DNA of 64,000 nt from Paragordius varius. Lineage: Eukaryota; Animalia; Nematomorpha. How positions within the stretch are numbered: the stretch's first letter is position 1; the number at the start of each line of letters is the position of its first letter. This document shows, piece after piece, positions 28,138 through 40,906 of this stretch. The DNA lies in assembly GCA_964247055.1 (NCBI GenBank), contig OZ176055.1, forward strand, positions 3,224,001 to 3,288,000. Reading direction: 5' to 3'. The position numbers were made by a program, and so were the translations under genes. The notes below the pieces were generated by a model. The model was not told the origin of the DNA. It did not search any database and saw only the letters and a list, made by a program, of their open reading frames with translations.

Positions 28138-28913
28138 ACAAAAATACTTGTGTAAAATAAAAATATTTATCGCCATATAAATAAACTATAAGATAAAAAT
28201 TGTATTTTAAACGCTTTAATAATTTAGATACATAATGAAGGGTGATTTAGAGAGCGGTTAGTGTAAAATATAATCAAACATTTTTTCACTTTCTTGAAGA
28301 TATAAAATTTTTTATGATTAATAAGTATTTTTAGTAACTCGCCCATTAGATAAATTGCTTTAACCATTTCAGCTGTAATGTAAAATGCTTATTAAATATT
28401 AAAAATATGAAAGTAGAATACGATTAAAAATATCCATAAGACGTTCAAGTATATGATAGAATCTCTTGAAGTGAAAAAAGGTAAAGACCGTAATCCTATA
28501 AAAATAACTACAAATTAACATATAGTGAATAAAACAACGATAAACCGAACTGACCCAATAATTAACCTAAAAAACAGAGGAATGTCTATTCAAGCTATTT
28601 AGAAATAAGTAATAATAAAGCTAATGTATGTATTAACATAAGTCAGTAGTTCCCAACTTTTTTTGTCTCCATAATCTTACAAAAATGTTTAATTAAAGCG
28701 TTTTTGTTCTGAGAACTTTTAAAAAATAAATACATTAGTTGTTTTTAAATATGATATTAAACATTATATTTTATAGATTTCATGAGGTAATTTTGTACAG
28801 TAAACCTAAAACTTTTAAATAACCTAGTGCTTTGAAAGTTGTTAATACTAAAAAATTTAAAACATTTGATAAAAAGTTAGTTTTTTAAATAATTCCAACT
28901 TGGTTGGTTTTTC

Positions 28914-30770
28914 CTAAGTCGTAAACGACTTTTTGGATATAGTTTTAACTATTTCTTTCCATTTTTTTCTATCTTTAACCGCTATATTGAGCTCTTTCAG
29001 TGTCATTTTGGTCTCTTCTTTTATCATATCCAACCACCTCATCGGTGGTCGGCCTCGTTTCCTTTGCCCTTCTACCTTCCCAAACATTGTATCTTTCTCC
29101 AGAGAATTCGATCGCATGACATGACCAAAATATGTTAACTTTCTTTTTAGAATTATCTCCATGATGTTTGTTTTAGGTTTTATTTCGGTAGTTAGATTTT
29201 CATTCTTAATTTTATCCTTCCAGGTGTATCCTAGCATCCTACGCCAGCAACTCCTTTCAAAAGCCATGAGCCTTTCTTTGTCCTTTTTTCTGAGAGTCCA
29301 ACTCTCACATCCATATGTGGTGACCGGGAGAACGAAACAGTAGAGTAATCTTTTTTTGGTTTCAACTCCTACGCTTTTGTTTTTCCAAATCTTTATTAAT
29401 TTGGTCATCGCTTCTCTACCCAATCCTATTCTCTTTCTGATGTCAGGAGTTGAAGACCCATCCTCTGAAATTATTGCGCCCAAAAACGTTAACTGTTTAA
29501 CTATTTCTATTTCTACTCCTTCTATTATAATTGTAGGCTTTTTTCCTGTACATAATATTTTGGTTTTGTTAGGATTAAGCCTAAGATCATACCTCAAACT
29601 TTCCTTTCGAATCTCTTCAATCAATTCCTTCAAATCATTTGCACTTTCAGCTATAAGAGTGGTATCGTCTGCAAACCTTAAATTATTGATTGTTCTCCCT
29701 CCTATTCTTACTCCAATATTTTTACCATCCAACTTCCTCATTATCATTTCTGTGCACATATTGAACAGATAAGGGGATAAGCAACACCCTTGTCTGACTC
29801 CTTTCAAGATTGGTATTTCGTCTGTGTCCCCCGCTGGTGTTCTAATAATCGCTCTTTGTTTTACATACAGAGAGCTAATCAATCTTATTAAGTGAGACGA
29901 TACCCCTACTAACTTTAATGTTTCCCACAAGGAGTCATAGTTAATTGAATCGAATGCTTGTCTGTAATCAATAAAACACATGTATAATTCTTTCTGGAAC
30001 TCTTTTGATGTTTCCATTATCCTTCTCATGTTTGAGATATGGTCTCTTGTGCTTTTTCCCTTCATAAATCCGGCTTGATTTTCTGGTATTTCTGTCTGTA
30101 TGATACTGTGCATTCTGTTTTGTATTACTTTTAGTAAGACCTTACTAGCGTGGCTAATAAGAGATATGTTCCGATAATTCTCGCATTTGAGTACATCTCC
30201 TTTTTTATATATTGGGAGATATACAGATGATGCCCAATCGTTTGGCCACTCACATGTTTCCCACACCTTTTGACATAACTGGTGTAACTTTTCAACGGGA
30301 ATAGCTTTTATGAACTCTATTGGGATATTGTCTAATCCCATCGCTTTGTTGTTAGGAATTTGTTTTAAGGCTAATTCAACCTCCTCTCTTAATATATCTG
30401 GATCACGTTCTTCTTCTTTTAATTGCAACACCTTTGTTTGAGGAGCCTGATAGAGTTTTTGGGTGTATTCCTTCCATCTTTCTCGTACTTCTGTTTGTTT
30501 GCACAATATGGTGCCATTCTCTTTTTTAATCTTTTGTGATGATATAAAAGGTTTATGAGTCATTTGCTTCAGTTTCTGGAACATTGGTTGCATTAATCCT
30601 TTTTTGTTATTTAATTCCACTTCCAGACATTGTTTATTAAGAAAATCTTCGTAATCCTTCCTTGTTTGTCGTTGAAATTCTTTGTTATATAATTTTACCA
30701 TTTTATTATCACCTCTTGATTTAGCTTTTCTCCTCTTTTCTGCTATCTCTAACTCTTTTCTGATATCCAT
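28914..30770 (-). CDS. RTE LINE reverse transcriptase (C-terminal part of the split ORF)
   Basis: NYRNISLISHASKV, QAGFMKGKST, FIDYRQAFDS, GVRQGCCLSPYLF, LRFADD, RGRPPMRWLD motifs. Confidence 0.95.
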   Translation of the reverse strand: MDIRKELEIAEKRRKAKSRGDNKMVKLYNKEFQRQTRKDYEDFLNKQCLEVELNNKKGLMQPMFQKLKQMTHKPFISSQKIKKENGTILCKQTEVRERWKEYTQKLYQAPQTKVLQLKEEERDPDILREEVELALKQIPNNKAMGLDNIPIEFIKAIPVEKLHQLCQKVWETCEWPNDWASSVYLPIYKKGDVLKCENYRNISLISHASKVLLKVIQNRMHSIIQTEIPENQAGFMKGKSTRDHISNMRRIMETSKEFQKELYMCFIDYRQAFDSINYDSLWETLKLVGVSSHLIRLISSLYVKQRAIIRTPAGDTDEIPILKGVRQGCCLSPYLFNMCTEMIMRKLDGKNIGVRIGGRTINNLRFADDTTLIAESANDLKELIEEIRKESLRYDLRLNPNKTKILCTGKKPTIIIEGVEIEIVKQLTFLGAIISEDGSSTPDIRKRIGLGREAMTKLIKIWKNKSVGVETKKRLLYCFVLPVTTYGCESWTLRKKDKERLMAFERSCWRRMLGYTWKDKIKNENLTTEIKPKTNIMEIILKRKLTYFGHVMRSNSLEKDTMFGKVEGQRKRGRPPMRWLDMIKEETKMTLKELNIAVKDRKKWKEIVKTISKKSFTT

Positions 30771-31714
30771 TTGTTATCTTTCCTCTTTACTCTCTGCACT
30801 TTTTCTTTTGCCACTTCATTAACAACATTTTTTATCGTTCCCCATAATTGTTCTGAGCTACATTCGTTGTCCAAACTTTCTAAGCTATCTTTCGTTTCTG
30901 TTCTAAAACTATTTGGAATGTTCCGAGTGTCATATCTGTATATCTGTTTAACCTTATTTTTAATTATTTTAAGTTTGATTTTGGTTATTAGAAGCTCATG
31001 ATCGCTAGAGCAATCGCTGCTTTTGCTTGTTTTGGTATCGATTATAGAGCTTTTCCATTTTTGAGGACACATTATGTAATCAATTTGATTCTTATATTTA
31101 CCACATGGAGAGGTCCATGTGTATAACCTCCTATTGTGTTGTGGAAACCATGTGTTGGTTATCATCATCTCATTTTCTTGACAAAAATTGATCAGTGCCC
31201 CGGCCTCGTTTCGTTCTCCCAATCCATATGGCCCGACTATTTGATCTACTCTACCTCTACCAACTTTGCTGTTCCAATCCCCTCCTATGATAATCATATC
31301 TCCTTTCTTCGTTTCATCCAAAACTATTTGCAACGTTGCATAAAAGTCCTCTATGTCTTCTTTGGGAGCGTTTGACGTAGGAGCATAGACTACTATGTAT
31401 GTAAATTTAAGTGGCTTGGCATTCAGCCTAATACTCATGATTCTGGGTGTATATGGTGTATAACTAATGAGACTTTTATTTAATTTGTTTTTTATTAATA
31501 CTGCAACGCCTTCAGATTTCTGGTCATCTCTCCCCGATCTTAACAATGTATAATTTTCGTTTTGTACTTTCGCGCTACCTTTTTGCTTGGTTTCCGTTAG
31601 ACCCAGTATATCTATGTTCAATCTTTCCATTTCCTTTTCAATTATCACCTGTTTGGTTGATGTTAAGGAACGTACGTTCCAGCATCCAACTTTGAAAAGT
31701 CTTGTTAAGTTCAT
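30749..31714 (-). CDS. RTE LINE APE endonuclease (N-terminal part of the split ORF)
   Basis: VGCWNVRSL, DILGLTETK, VYAPT, GGDWNSKVG, NQIDYI, SDHELL motifs. Confidence 0.93.
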   Translation of the reverse strand: MNLTRLFKVGCWNVRSLTSTKQVIIEKEMERLNIDILGLTETKQKGSAKVQNENYTLLRSGRDDQKSEGVAVLIKNKLNKSLISYTPYTPRIMSIRLNAKPLKFTYIVVYAPTSNAPKEDIEDFYATLQIVLDETKKGDMIIIGGDWNSKVGRGRVDQIVGPYGLGERNEAGALINFCQENEMMITNTWFPQHNRRLYTWTSPCGKYKNQIDYIMCPQKWKSSIIDTKTSKSSDCSSDHELLITKIKLKIIKNKVKQIYRYDTRNIPNSFRTETKDSLESLDNECSSEQLWGTIKNVVNEVAKEKVQRVKRKDNKWISEKS

Positions 31715-33986
31715 ATAGTAAAACTATTTTTTGGCAGTAATAAACGAGGGTGGTTATTGCCTTCCCTCTCACTTACCCTCTTTACAAAAAAATAAATATC
31801 TAGAATAATTAAAATTAAAGAGTAATCTTTATAAATGTTGTTAATTTGGATAAATTATAAATATTCATATTTTACTCTGTCTGGCAATCATAAAGGAAAA
31901 ATATAAAGAAATTATGGCTAGGCTAGTAAAAATAAAATAATTAGGCACCAAGGAGTAGAGAAAAAAAAGAGAGATCTGTATAACAATGATTTTTGATGAC
32001 TTAAGAATTATGTTACTCTTTAAATTACATACTTAGCATACAAATAAAATAAAAACTCTACAAAACAAAGAAAGAGATTAATAATTACTAAAAGGAAACA
32101 TATTTTTTAAATATATTTATAGTATATAATAAAATAATACTATCCTTGAATATCTTGCCGCTTTCAATCACATGGTTTCATGCATGAGTTATATATAATT
32201 CCAACTTACAGAATCCTATATTACCTTAGCTCCAAATAATGACTAAAATCTATTTGTAGACATGCGCCTAAAAGGCTAAATGCATACTAAATTCGGCTCA
32301 ATATCTTTGAAAAGGTACTCAAATCGTTATGTGATACAACACTTCCATATAACTTAATAGTTTTAACATGAAATCAAACCATTTAAATTTTACTTTATTT
32401 TTTATGTTTAATATTTTGTTAAAAAACAGTTTTTCGCGCATATTTTGGATAAAATTTTTCCCCAATCGTACATATCAATATTATGTTTTTTAGGTCCCTA
32501 AAGGCTATATAATGCATTATCTAAATTAGCCCAGAATCATTGATAATAATTGTTACCATTCTGGTGTGGAATCCCTCAATGTTCACAATATCCTAGAGAA
32601 AGATGTATATATATATATATATATTGATAGGGAAATATATCATTATTATGGTATCTGGGTTTTGGCCCGTATAAGGGATTTAGAAGTTAATTCTACTTTT
32701 GTGATAACGGTTCCATATCATAAAATGGCATTACGTTTTATTAAATATATGTTTCTGGTGTAATCCAAATAGCAAATTATCAAAAATCACTAAAATTTAA
32801 AAACGTAAACAATATTATTTTAATTCAAGTTATAACTTTTATAGGCTTAACTTCAATTTTCAGCTCTCTTAAAATTGGCTGGTTCTATTGAATAAAGTCA
32901 AAATGATGGAATTGGATAATTTTAATATGCCAAATTTTGACATATAAAAATCTCCGAAAAATGGATATTGTGCTTAAAAATTATATAACACATTTTTGTT
33001 GAAGTGTACTTTACTATTTTGAGGCATTATGGAAACGGTGTAAACGCTTAAAATTTCAAAAACACTTTTCTATATAATTCTATAATGAAGTATTCGTTCG
33101 TCTTGACGTTATATATAAATTGTTTTTCCATAACCCGTGATAGAAATGTTCAGCATCGAATTGTATAAAAATGCTTTTTTTATAATATCTTAAAGCGTTT
33201 ATCATTTCCATCATGCTTTGATATAGTATGTAGTTTGCTTTAACAAAATTCTACTATAAATTAAATTTTTAAGCAAAAATCCATTGCATCATATAATGCT
33301 TTTTAAAAGTTAAAAGTACAATAAAAAATTTCGCGCAATCTCAGCATTTTTGCATTTTTATTTTTAAAGAAAAATCCCATTTTTTAAGGGCCAAAGATTT
33401 GGCACTTTCAGGCTATAAAATTAAAATTTTAAAAAGAATTGTTTTGTTTTTTTATCTTATAGTTACGGTGTTTTACAGTGATATTTTTTGGAAAAGTATT
33501 TAGCTATCACAATATAACCTAAAAGAAAATGCGCACAAATTGCTTATGGAGCATCTACCGAAACTTTAAATAACTCTCTTAAATTACTCGTAAGAGCTGA
33601 AACCAAGACCATGATATATTTAATTATCGGAATATACAATCCCGATTTTTAAGTAGAATTAGGGGTGCCAGTTGCTGTAATTTATATATTAGTTTTTAAA
33701 AGGTTTTAAAGATTTTTTTATTTTGAGTCCTGGATAGTATTATTTATTCTAATATTATTTTAATAAATTAGTTTTCAGATGAGCTTACTATTTGTAAAAT
33801 GTAGCAAACAAATTATATAATTTATTTAACATTGGATTGCAAGAGCTTCTATATTTGAAGTAACAGTATAGAGGCTACCTTTAATGTATTAAGAACTTAA
33901 CCATTTTAAGGCTACAGCTCTGGTAAAATTATATATAAAATAGTTTCTGTAGCCAGATTTACCAGTTGTTTTGTGTTACTGCGCAA

Positions 33987-36900
33987 ATGAAAAACCACAT
34001 CGATAATAACATCGAGTCTGAAGTAGACGGGATTAATGTTTACGAATTGTTTAAAAATGATGGTATTACTTACAAGTATTCTCTTTTTATAATTCAGTGA
34101 TTTTATTATTTTACCTGGCTATATATCCCAAGCCAATAATGAAATAGTAAATAAAATTATATAATATAGAAATTAAAAACTAAATTAACCAAAAATATTA
34201 CTTTGGAGACACCATTTATATCATCACCCATGGATACTGTAACAGAATCTTGTATGGCTATAGCCATGGCTGTAAATTTTATTTTTATTTTAGTTATACG
34301 GAGGAATTGGGTTTATTCATAACAATTGCACACCGGAAACTCAGGCCGCTGAAGTCAGAAAAGTTAAGGTAATTACAAATATTTTATTTTAGGTTAAAAG
34401 TCTTAATTTGTTTTGATAAATATATTATTTTTTTATCATTAATTACGAATTACAATATTATAATAAACATTTTAATTTGCTAGCGATTTAAACAAGGATT
34501 TATAAGCAACCCCGTAGTTTTATCTCCTCAAGATCGTGTTTCCACTATTTTTAAAATTAAACAAGAAAAAGGATTTACTGGCATACCCATAACTGTTGAC
34601 GGTATACATATACATATTTATACCTTTATAATCATTAAATATTGTGAAATTTGGATAACATAAAATATTAATTTATTTTGCATTTTATATTCTAAATTAA
34701 TTGTTTTTCAGGTAAACTCGGTTCTAAATTGGTGGGAATTATAACGTCCAGAGATGTTGATTTTATGACAGATGCCGAAAAGGAAACAACCGAACTTGCT
34801 AAGGTTTATAAACAAAATTTTGTGGGAAATTAAAACAATTTTTTAGAGTTTACCATTAATTATATTACATTTTATAGATGATGACTAAATTACCTGAACT
34901 TGTTACGGCTCCAGATAATATTTCATTAACGGAAGCCAATGCCATTTTACAAAAAAGCAAAAAAGGTTTTTTTTACCAAAGATTTTGTTTATACTTTACA
35001 TCTTTGTTTAGTAAATTATAAATAACTAAAATCTATAAGGCAACTCGTTTTTTATTAATTTCCCTTTTTTCTTTTACAAATGGAAATGTTTTTTAATTTT
35101 TTTTGTGTTTGATATAATTTTACAGATGTATAAAAGATACAAATAAAATATATTTTTTCGATTTGGCTTATTTGATTTGCAAAAAGATGCGGACAACTTT
35201 TAACGAAATACATAAAAAACTAGAAATTGGAAAATTGTCTGATATTTATCATGAGCTAATTAATTTAAACTTTATATCAATAAATAAGTTTATTATAAGC
35301 TATGTATAATAATAAGTTTAGAAAATGTCCTTTTGAATTTATCTGTATTTTATAATTTAAAAAATTATTAATTCCTGACATAATATGAATTAATTAATGT
35401 TTAGGTAAACTACCCATCATAGATAATCAAGGTAATCTAGTTTCCTTGATTGCCAGGACAGATCTCATAAAACGAAGGAATTACCCGCTGGCATCTGTTG
35501 ATGATAAAAAGCAATTGCTTGTGGGAGCTGCCATTGGAACGCGCGATGAAGATAAATATCGCCTACGTCTTTTGTTTGAAGCCGGAGTTGATGTTATAGT
35601 TTTGGTAAGGTATAAATTCTAAATTTTGAGGCGTTTTTTGGATTGCAACTAGAAAGCTTTATTGGAATAATTAAATTTTTGCGATGCAAAAAAATATTGC
35701 GTGTCTATTTTTTAGTAGGAATAATGTTTTGATCAGGGAAAGTAGTGTGTTTTTTTAAAAAAGTTGTATCATTGGAATTAGCTTAAGAGCTGTTTTTAGC
35801 ATAGGCAGGGCGGATTAAGATAAACTACGTCTTTTATATAGGAAGCCAGAGTTGATGTAATAGTTTTGAAAGGGACAATGACAAACTTTGGGTTTTTTTG
35901 AACGTTTAATTTTGAAGTGTTTTTTAACTGCAACTAGCAAGTTTTTATCGGAAATAATTTTTTGCTACACAAAAAAATTGGTAATTGCGTGTTAATCCGA
36001 AAATAATTTTTAAGTCTATTTTTTAGTTGGATTGATTATATTATTTAGGTTACATATAAAAGTAAATCAATTTATAAAAGTTTTTTTAGTTATTGTTTTT
36101 TTAATTCCATCATTTAAGGGGATTTTTAAATACGATTTTTGTGTTTTATGATACTCTTCTTTTAGTAAAATTAGCTTATCTTTTGTTTAAAATTTATTTA
36201 TAGTATATTATAAATTAATATTATTCATTAAATTTACATAGTTTACGACGACAGTTTGAATATTATATTGTTGAATAGGATTCATCTCAAGGCAATTCCA
36301 TATACCAAATTCAAATGATCCATTATATAAAACGCAATTTTCCAACCCTACAATTAATTGGTGGAAATGGTTTATATTTCTTTTATAGATTTTAGCAGAT
36401 TTTTTATAATTTTTTAGTTTGACAAAAAATTAAAATGATAACTCTATCATTTTTAAAATTAATATTCAAAATATTTTGTTAAATCGTAAAAATTAAACAA
36501 ATCAATATTTTTTTCCGCTTTTACGATGTATAGTATACCATCATATTTTTTATTGTAATAATTTCTTTTAACGTTTTTTTTATTTAAATGGTATTGATTT
36601 ACACATAATGCCTTATATTAAAATGGATTTAAGACCGAATTTCACAAAATTTAACGATATGTATGGAATGTATAAAAGTTTCTATTCCTTTTTATTAATA
36701 ATCTTTAAACTAGAATGAAAACATTATAAAAAAATATTTATCAAAATTATTTATTTTGTAAAAATTAGATTATATTTTTCGTTTTTTCAAATGAAAAATT
36801 ATAGTTGTCACCAAAAGTCAAGCCAAAAATTTAATAGATGCAGGCGTTGATGGTCTGAGAGTCGGTATGGGTTCAGGTTCAATCTGTACTACACAAGAGG

Positions 36901-39900
36901 GTAAAATCAAATTTTAGTTTAAATATACCATTTTCACTTCAAGAGTGTCTTGCAAAACTTAAGTTAATCTTTGGACATTTTAAGTTGGTCCTTTGACTTT
37001 TTCGTTTTGTTTTTAAGTTTTATCAAACAAATCTATCATTCATCGATATTATCGTTTTTAACCTATTTTCTATATTTAAAATCAATTGTTAATCAATATC
37101 AGCTTTTAATCATTCATAAACCGTATATCTTTATTCATTTCTTAAAATTATTTTCATTATTCATAAGATTTTAACACTTAATTTAAAAATATATAAGTTT
37201 TTGGGTTATTATTAACAATTTAACATTTAAAAGTTAATAATTTTAATAAATTGGGAAAAAATTAGTTTGAAACAAAAAAGTGGTTTTTAAATATATTTAT
37301 TTTTAAATAAATATATATATAATTAATAAAGACAGTTTGGTTAAAAAATAATAAAATAAAAAATAAATGCAAAAATTATGGTTAAATTTAAAAATTGACC
37401 AACTTGAAATACAAATGTTATATATATGCGCATACACCTTTTTTGTGATAATAAAATTCTGAAATTTGAATTTTGTTTGCAGGAATTGTAGTGTGGTGTG
37501 ATATTGATTTTATTTTTGTTTTTTTGACATAGAGAGATACCAAACTATATTATATCATAATTTTTTGTCATATAATATGACAAATTTATATATTTTTGCT
37601 TATAGAATTGTGGGCTCGTTAAAATTATTCATTATATTTGTGGTATTAAATTTTAATATTTTCATTTTTTATTAATTTTTATTTTAATGGGTTTATATTT
37701 TATATTTACCAAACTTTTAACTATTAAATTAAAGCAAAAATTATAATAATTACTATTTGATCTAAATATAGAAAGATTAATATTTTTATAAAAAGTATAA
37801 TCATATTCTATATCCTGATATATCTCATATTTACTCTCTATATATACAATTTGGATATTTAAATGTCTTACTTGTTATTTTTTTATTTTGAAACGCAACA
37901 CCCTTATAAATTATATTTACAAAGTTTAGGTTTATTTAATTGAGAATAAGTATGGTTGTCTTTATAAGCAACGCAAAAAAATACTTGTGTCTTCCAGTTT
38001 TTTACGTTTCTTTATATAATTTTAATTTTACTGTTAATCTATACCATTTACAGCTCAAATTGACCCTAAAATAAATTATGTTTTATCGTATATTAAAAAT
38101 TACATTATATAATTAGAAAGTTTGTTTGATATTAACATAATGCTGAAATAATAATGACTATGCCATAACGATATAATTTCTATAAATGATGAGAAAACAC
38201 CAAATATTTTAGGATAAATTTGAATCGTTCAAGATTTAATTAGGTGTAAGTAATATATACCATTTACAGTTCAAATTCACCCTTAAAAAGGTTAAAATCC
38301 CCTTGAACAAAAATTCACTCTAAAAATAAATTATGTGTTATCGGGCATAACTTATCATTAATATGAAATTTAATGGCATAGTTATTTATTTTTTTAGTAT
38401 TATTTTAATAAACAAAATTTTATTTTTTAATAATATAAAAATATAAGTAATTTTAAATATTAAAAAACTTTTAATTTATTTTAGGGTGAATTTGAATTGT
38501 TCATGGGTGAATTTGTTCGAGGTTGAATTTAAATTGTTTAAGGGTGAAATATATATATATATATATATATAGTAACCGCGGTGGGTAGGGCTCAGGCTTC
38601 AGCCGTTTTCCATGTTAATCAAGTCGCTAGTCATTATGGCGTTCCGGTTATAGCGGATGGCGGACTCAAGAATGTTGGTCATATTGTTAAAGCTTTAGCC
38701 ATTGGAGCCTCTAGCGGTATCAATTTTGTAAATTTGATGAAATAATTTTTTAAATATTTTTTTTCAAAAAAAAAATTTTTCAAGTCAATTATTATTGAAA
38801 TTATTATATATGGAATAATTCAGCAAAAATTATATAAATTTATTATAATATAATATTTCGATTACTACAAGTAATCTTTGTCAAACGTAAAAATAAAATT
38901 AAAATATAAACAAAAATTTAAATTTTAAAGTAAAAATATTTAATGAGATATGAAACTAAAAAAACATGTGTGTATTGTTAATAAGAAAAAAATTTGTAAT
39001 GTTATTAATATTGTTAAGGTCTTTCTTTCTGTTCATTATATTTCCTTCTTTGTTAATATAAAAACTTTCCTTCAATATTCTTTTTGTTCTGTTTTCCTCT
39101 GTATCGACAACTTCGGCATCCCAGTTTATTTTATGGTTACATTTAAAGGCATGATATGTTCCCAAATTCGAACGTTTTTTAGATTGAGAGTACTGTTTCT
39201 TAGTTCATTTACTCGGTATAATTTAATATTTTAATGTTACATATTTCTTTTTAATAATTCATGATTTTATAAAAATATTTTTCCAATTTTTTAGTTATGA
39301 TGGGATCTCTGCTGGCCGGGACCACCGAAGCTCCCGGGGAATATTTTTTTGCTGATAATATGCGCCTTAAAAAGTATCGAGGAATGGGAAGTATAGAAGT
39401 CATTTCAGGAGAATCTAAAAGTGGAGCAAATCGTTATTTAAGGTATATGCTGCATGGGTTTTCTAAAATATTAGAGATCACTTTTACAAAAGATTTTAAT
39501 TTATTGGGGGTTTAATTATATAATTTTCGAATTTTAAATAAAGATCTATAATGATTTTAATTATTATTCCCTGTACATGAAAATTTGGTGACAAAAAATG
39601 CCTTAAAAATATTTAAAATAAATTTTGGCATTATGCCTTTTTGCTTAAAATTTGCGTTTAAACAAAATTTTATATCACGGATTTTAGCAATAAAAAATAT
39701 CTTTCACACAAATTTTTTTGAATATGATTTATATAATTAATAAGAATATTTATTATGAATTTTTTTGAAATTTTTCCACAAAAAAAATTATTTTTATTTT
39801 TAGCGAAAATGATGCAGTGAAAGTGGCACAAGGCGTTAGTGGTGCTATTATGGACAAAGGTTCCGTCCACAAATTTATTCCATACCTCATCCTGGGCACG

Positions 39901-39947
39901 CAACATGGATTACAAAATATAGGAGCTCATAATTTGAATCATTTCAA

Positions 39948-39980
<33 letters not shown>

Positions 39981-40906
39981 TTAGGACAAACTTGAGAGAA
40001 TTACGCATAATAGATTATGAAATTTATTAATTTTTATAAAATACGCATTTCAGCTTAATTTTTAATAAATTTAATAATGACAAACATTTTTTTGCCTTTT
40101 AAAAGTGTTTTAAACATGATTTATTTACAAATGTTACTCATTGTTTTGATTGCAATGTAGGTTATTGACATGTAAATATGAAGCAAATCAATATATTTTA
40201 TAATTGTATTCTTCTAATAATTTATAATGAAAAAATTAAGGTTTTAAAAGGAATTGTTGTTATCTTTAAAATATAATATATGTCCTTATGTTTTACATTT
40301 TGCCTGTAAAATTTTATACTGTAATAGGAAAAGATTGAAATTTTTATAAATGATAATTTTTGAATTGTTTGTTAAATAGAATTTGTAAATCGATTTTTTG
40401 GATACTATTAAAAAAAATTATAGGTTACGAAACGGTAAATACTTTTGTATCTACGCTCCGATTTTTAGTGGAAAAAATTTGTGGTTTTGGTTTGTTTATT
40501 AAATAAAAATGGTTATAAAGCAAAATATTTCTGATACATAGTACATCCATATATTCCATTTTGATATATTTGATTTAAATCTTTTATCTTAAAAGTATTA
40601 TGTACCCCCTTTTTTATAACTGCTTTAAACCTATATTTATTAGTATGTTTACATTTAATTTATGGGTAAATGTAATATGTTCCCTTATTTATGGTAATAA
40701 AATCATACGAGTTAAAACATCGCATAAAGTTCTATGTAAATTGGATTTTTATAATCCTAAAATTTATGAAATTTATTTTTAATGTGTGTTTGTATGCCAG
40801 GGAAATGGTTGAAGAGGAAATTGTAAGATTTGAACGCCGAAGTCCATCTAGTCAAGTTGAGGGTGGTGTCCATGGATTATACTCCTATGAAAAACGTCTT
40901 TTTTAA
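33987..40906 (+). CDS. IMPDH: Inosine-5'-monophosphate dehydrogenase (14 exons)
   Basis: Exons 33987-34075, 34098-34146, 34170-34271, 34294-34368, 34484-34601, 34712-34803, 34878-34965, 35405-35604, 36279-36369, 36805-36900, 38573-38716, 39295-39442, 39804-39947, 40801-40906. Motifs [22 protein letters not shown] region, [19 protein letters not shown] (catalytic Cys), IADGG, YRGMGS, VAQGVSG, C-terminal YEKRLF. Confidence 0.97.
38044..38549. mobile_element. Two adjacent MITE family T copies in IMPDH intron 10
   Basis: TA|CCATTTACAGCTCAAATTGACCC at 38044 and TA|CCATTTACAGTTCAAATTCACCC at 38260; right-end repeats AGGGTGAATTTG abut an (AT)n run. Confidence 0.65.
38990..39215 (-). pseudogene. Penelope-like retroelement 3' fragment (GIY-YIG endonuclease C-terminal half), IMPDH intron 11
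   Basis: [47 protein letters not shown] matches the recalled H..H.I.W....D.E.N..KR...E...I...MN pattern. Confidence 0.7.

Larger units (their letters stand above)
28902..32194 (-). mobile_element. RTE-clade non-LTR retrotransposon (LINE), apparently full-length
   Basis: 13-bp direct repeat ATAATTCCAACTT at 28889-28901 and 32195-32207 (TSD). APE endonuclease plus RT coding region; 3' end 12 nt after the stop, ending CCAACC. Confidence 0.93.

Noticed and set aside
30749-30770. Programmed -1 ribosomal frameshift in the RTE ORF
   Set aside because: No X XXY YYZ slippery heptamer; RTE elements normally use one ORF; a single-base loss in an A run is simpler.
28933-31375. Plus-strand ORFs overlapping the LINE (60-138 aa)
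   Set aside because: Antisense shadows of the RTE coding region, hydrophobic because of its A-rich sense strand.
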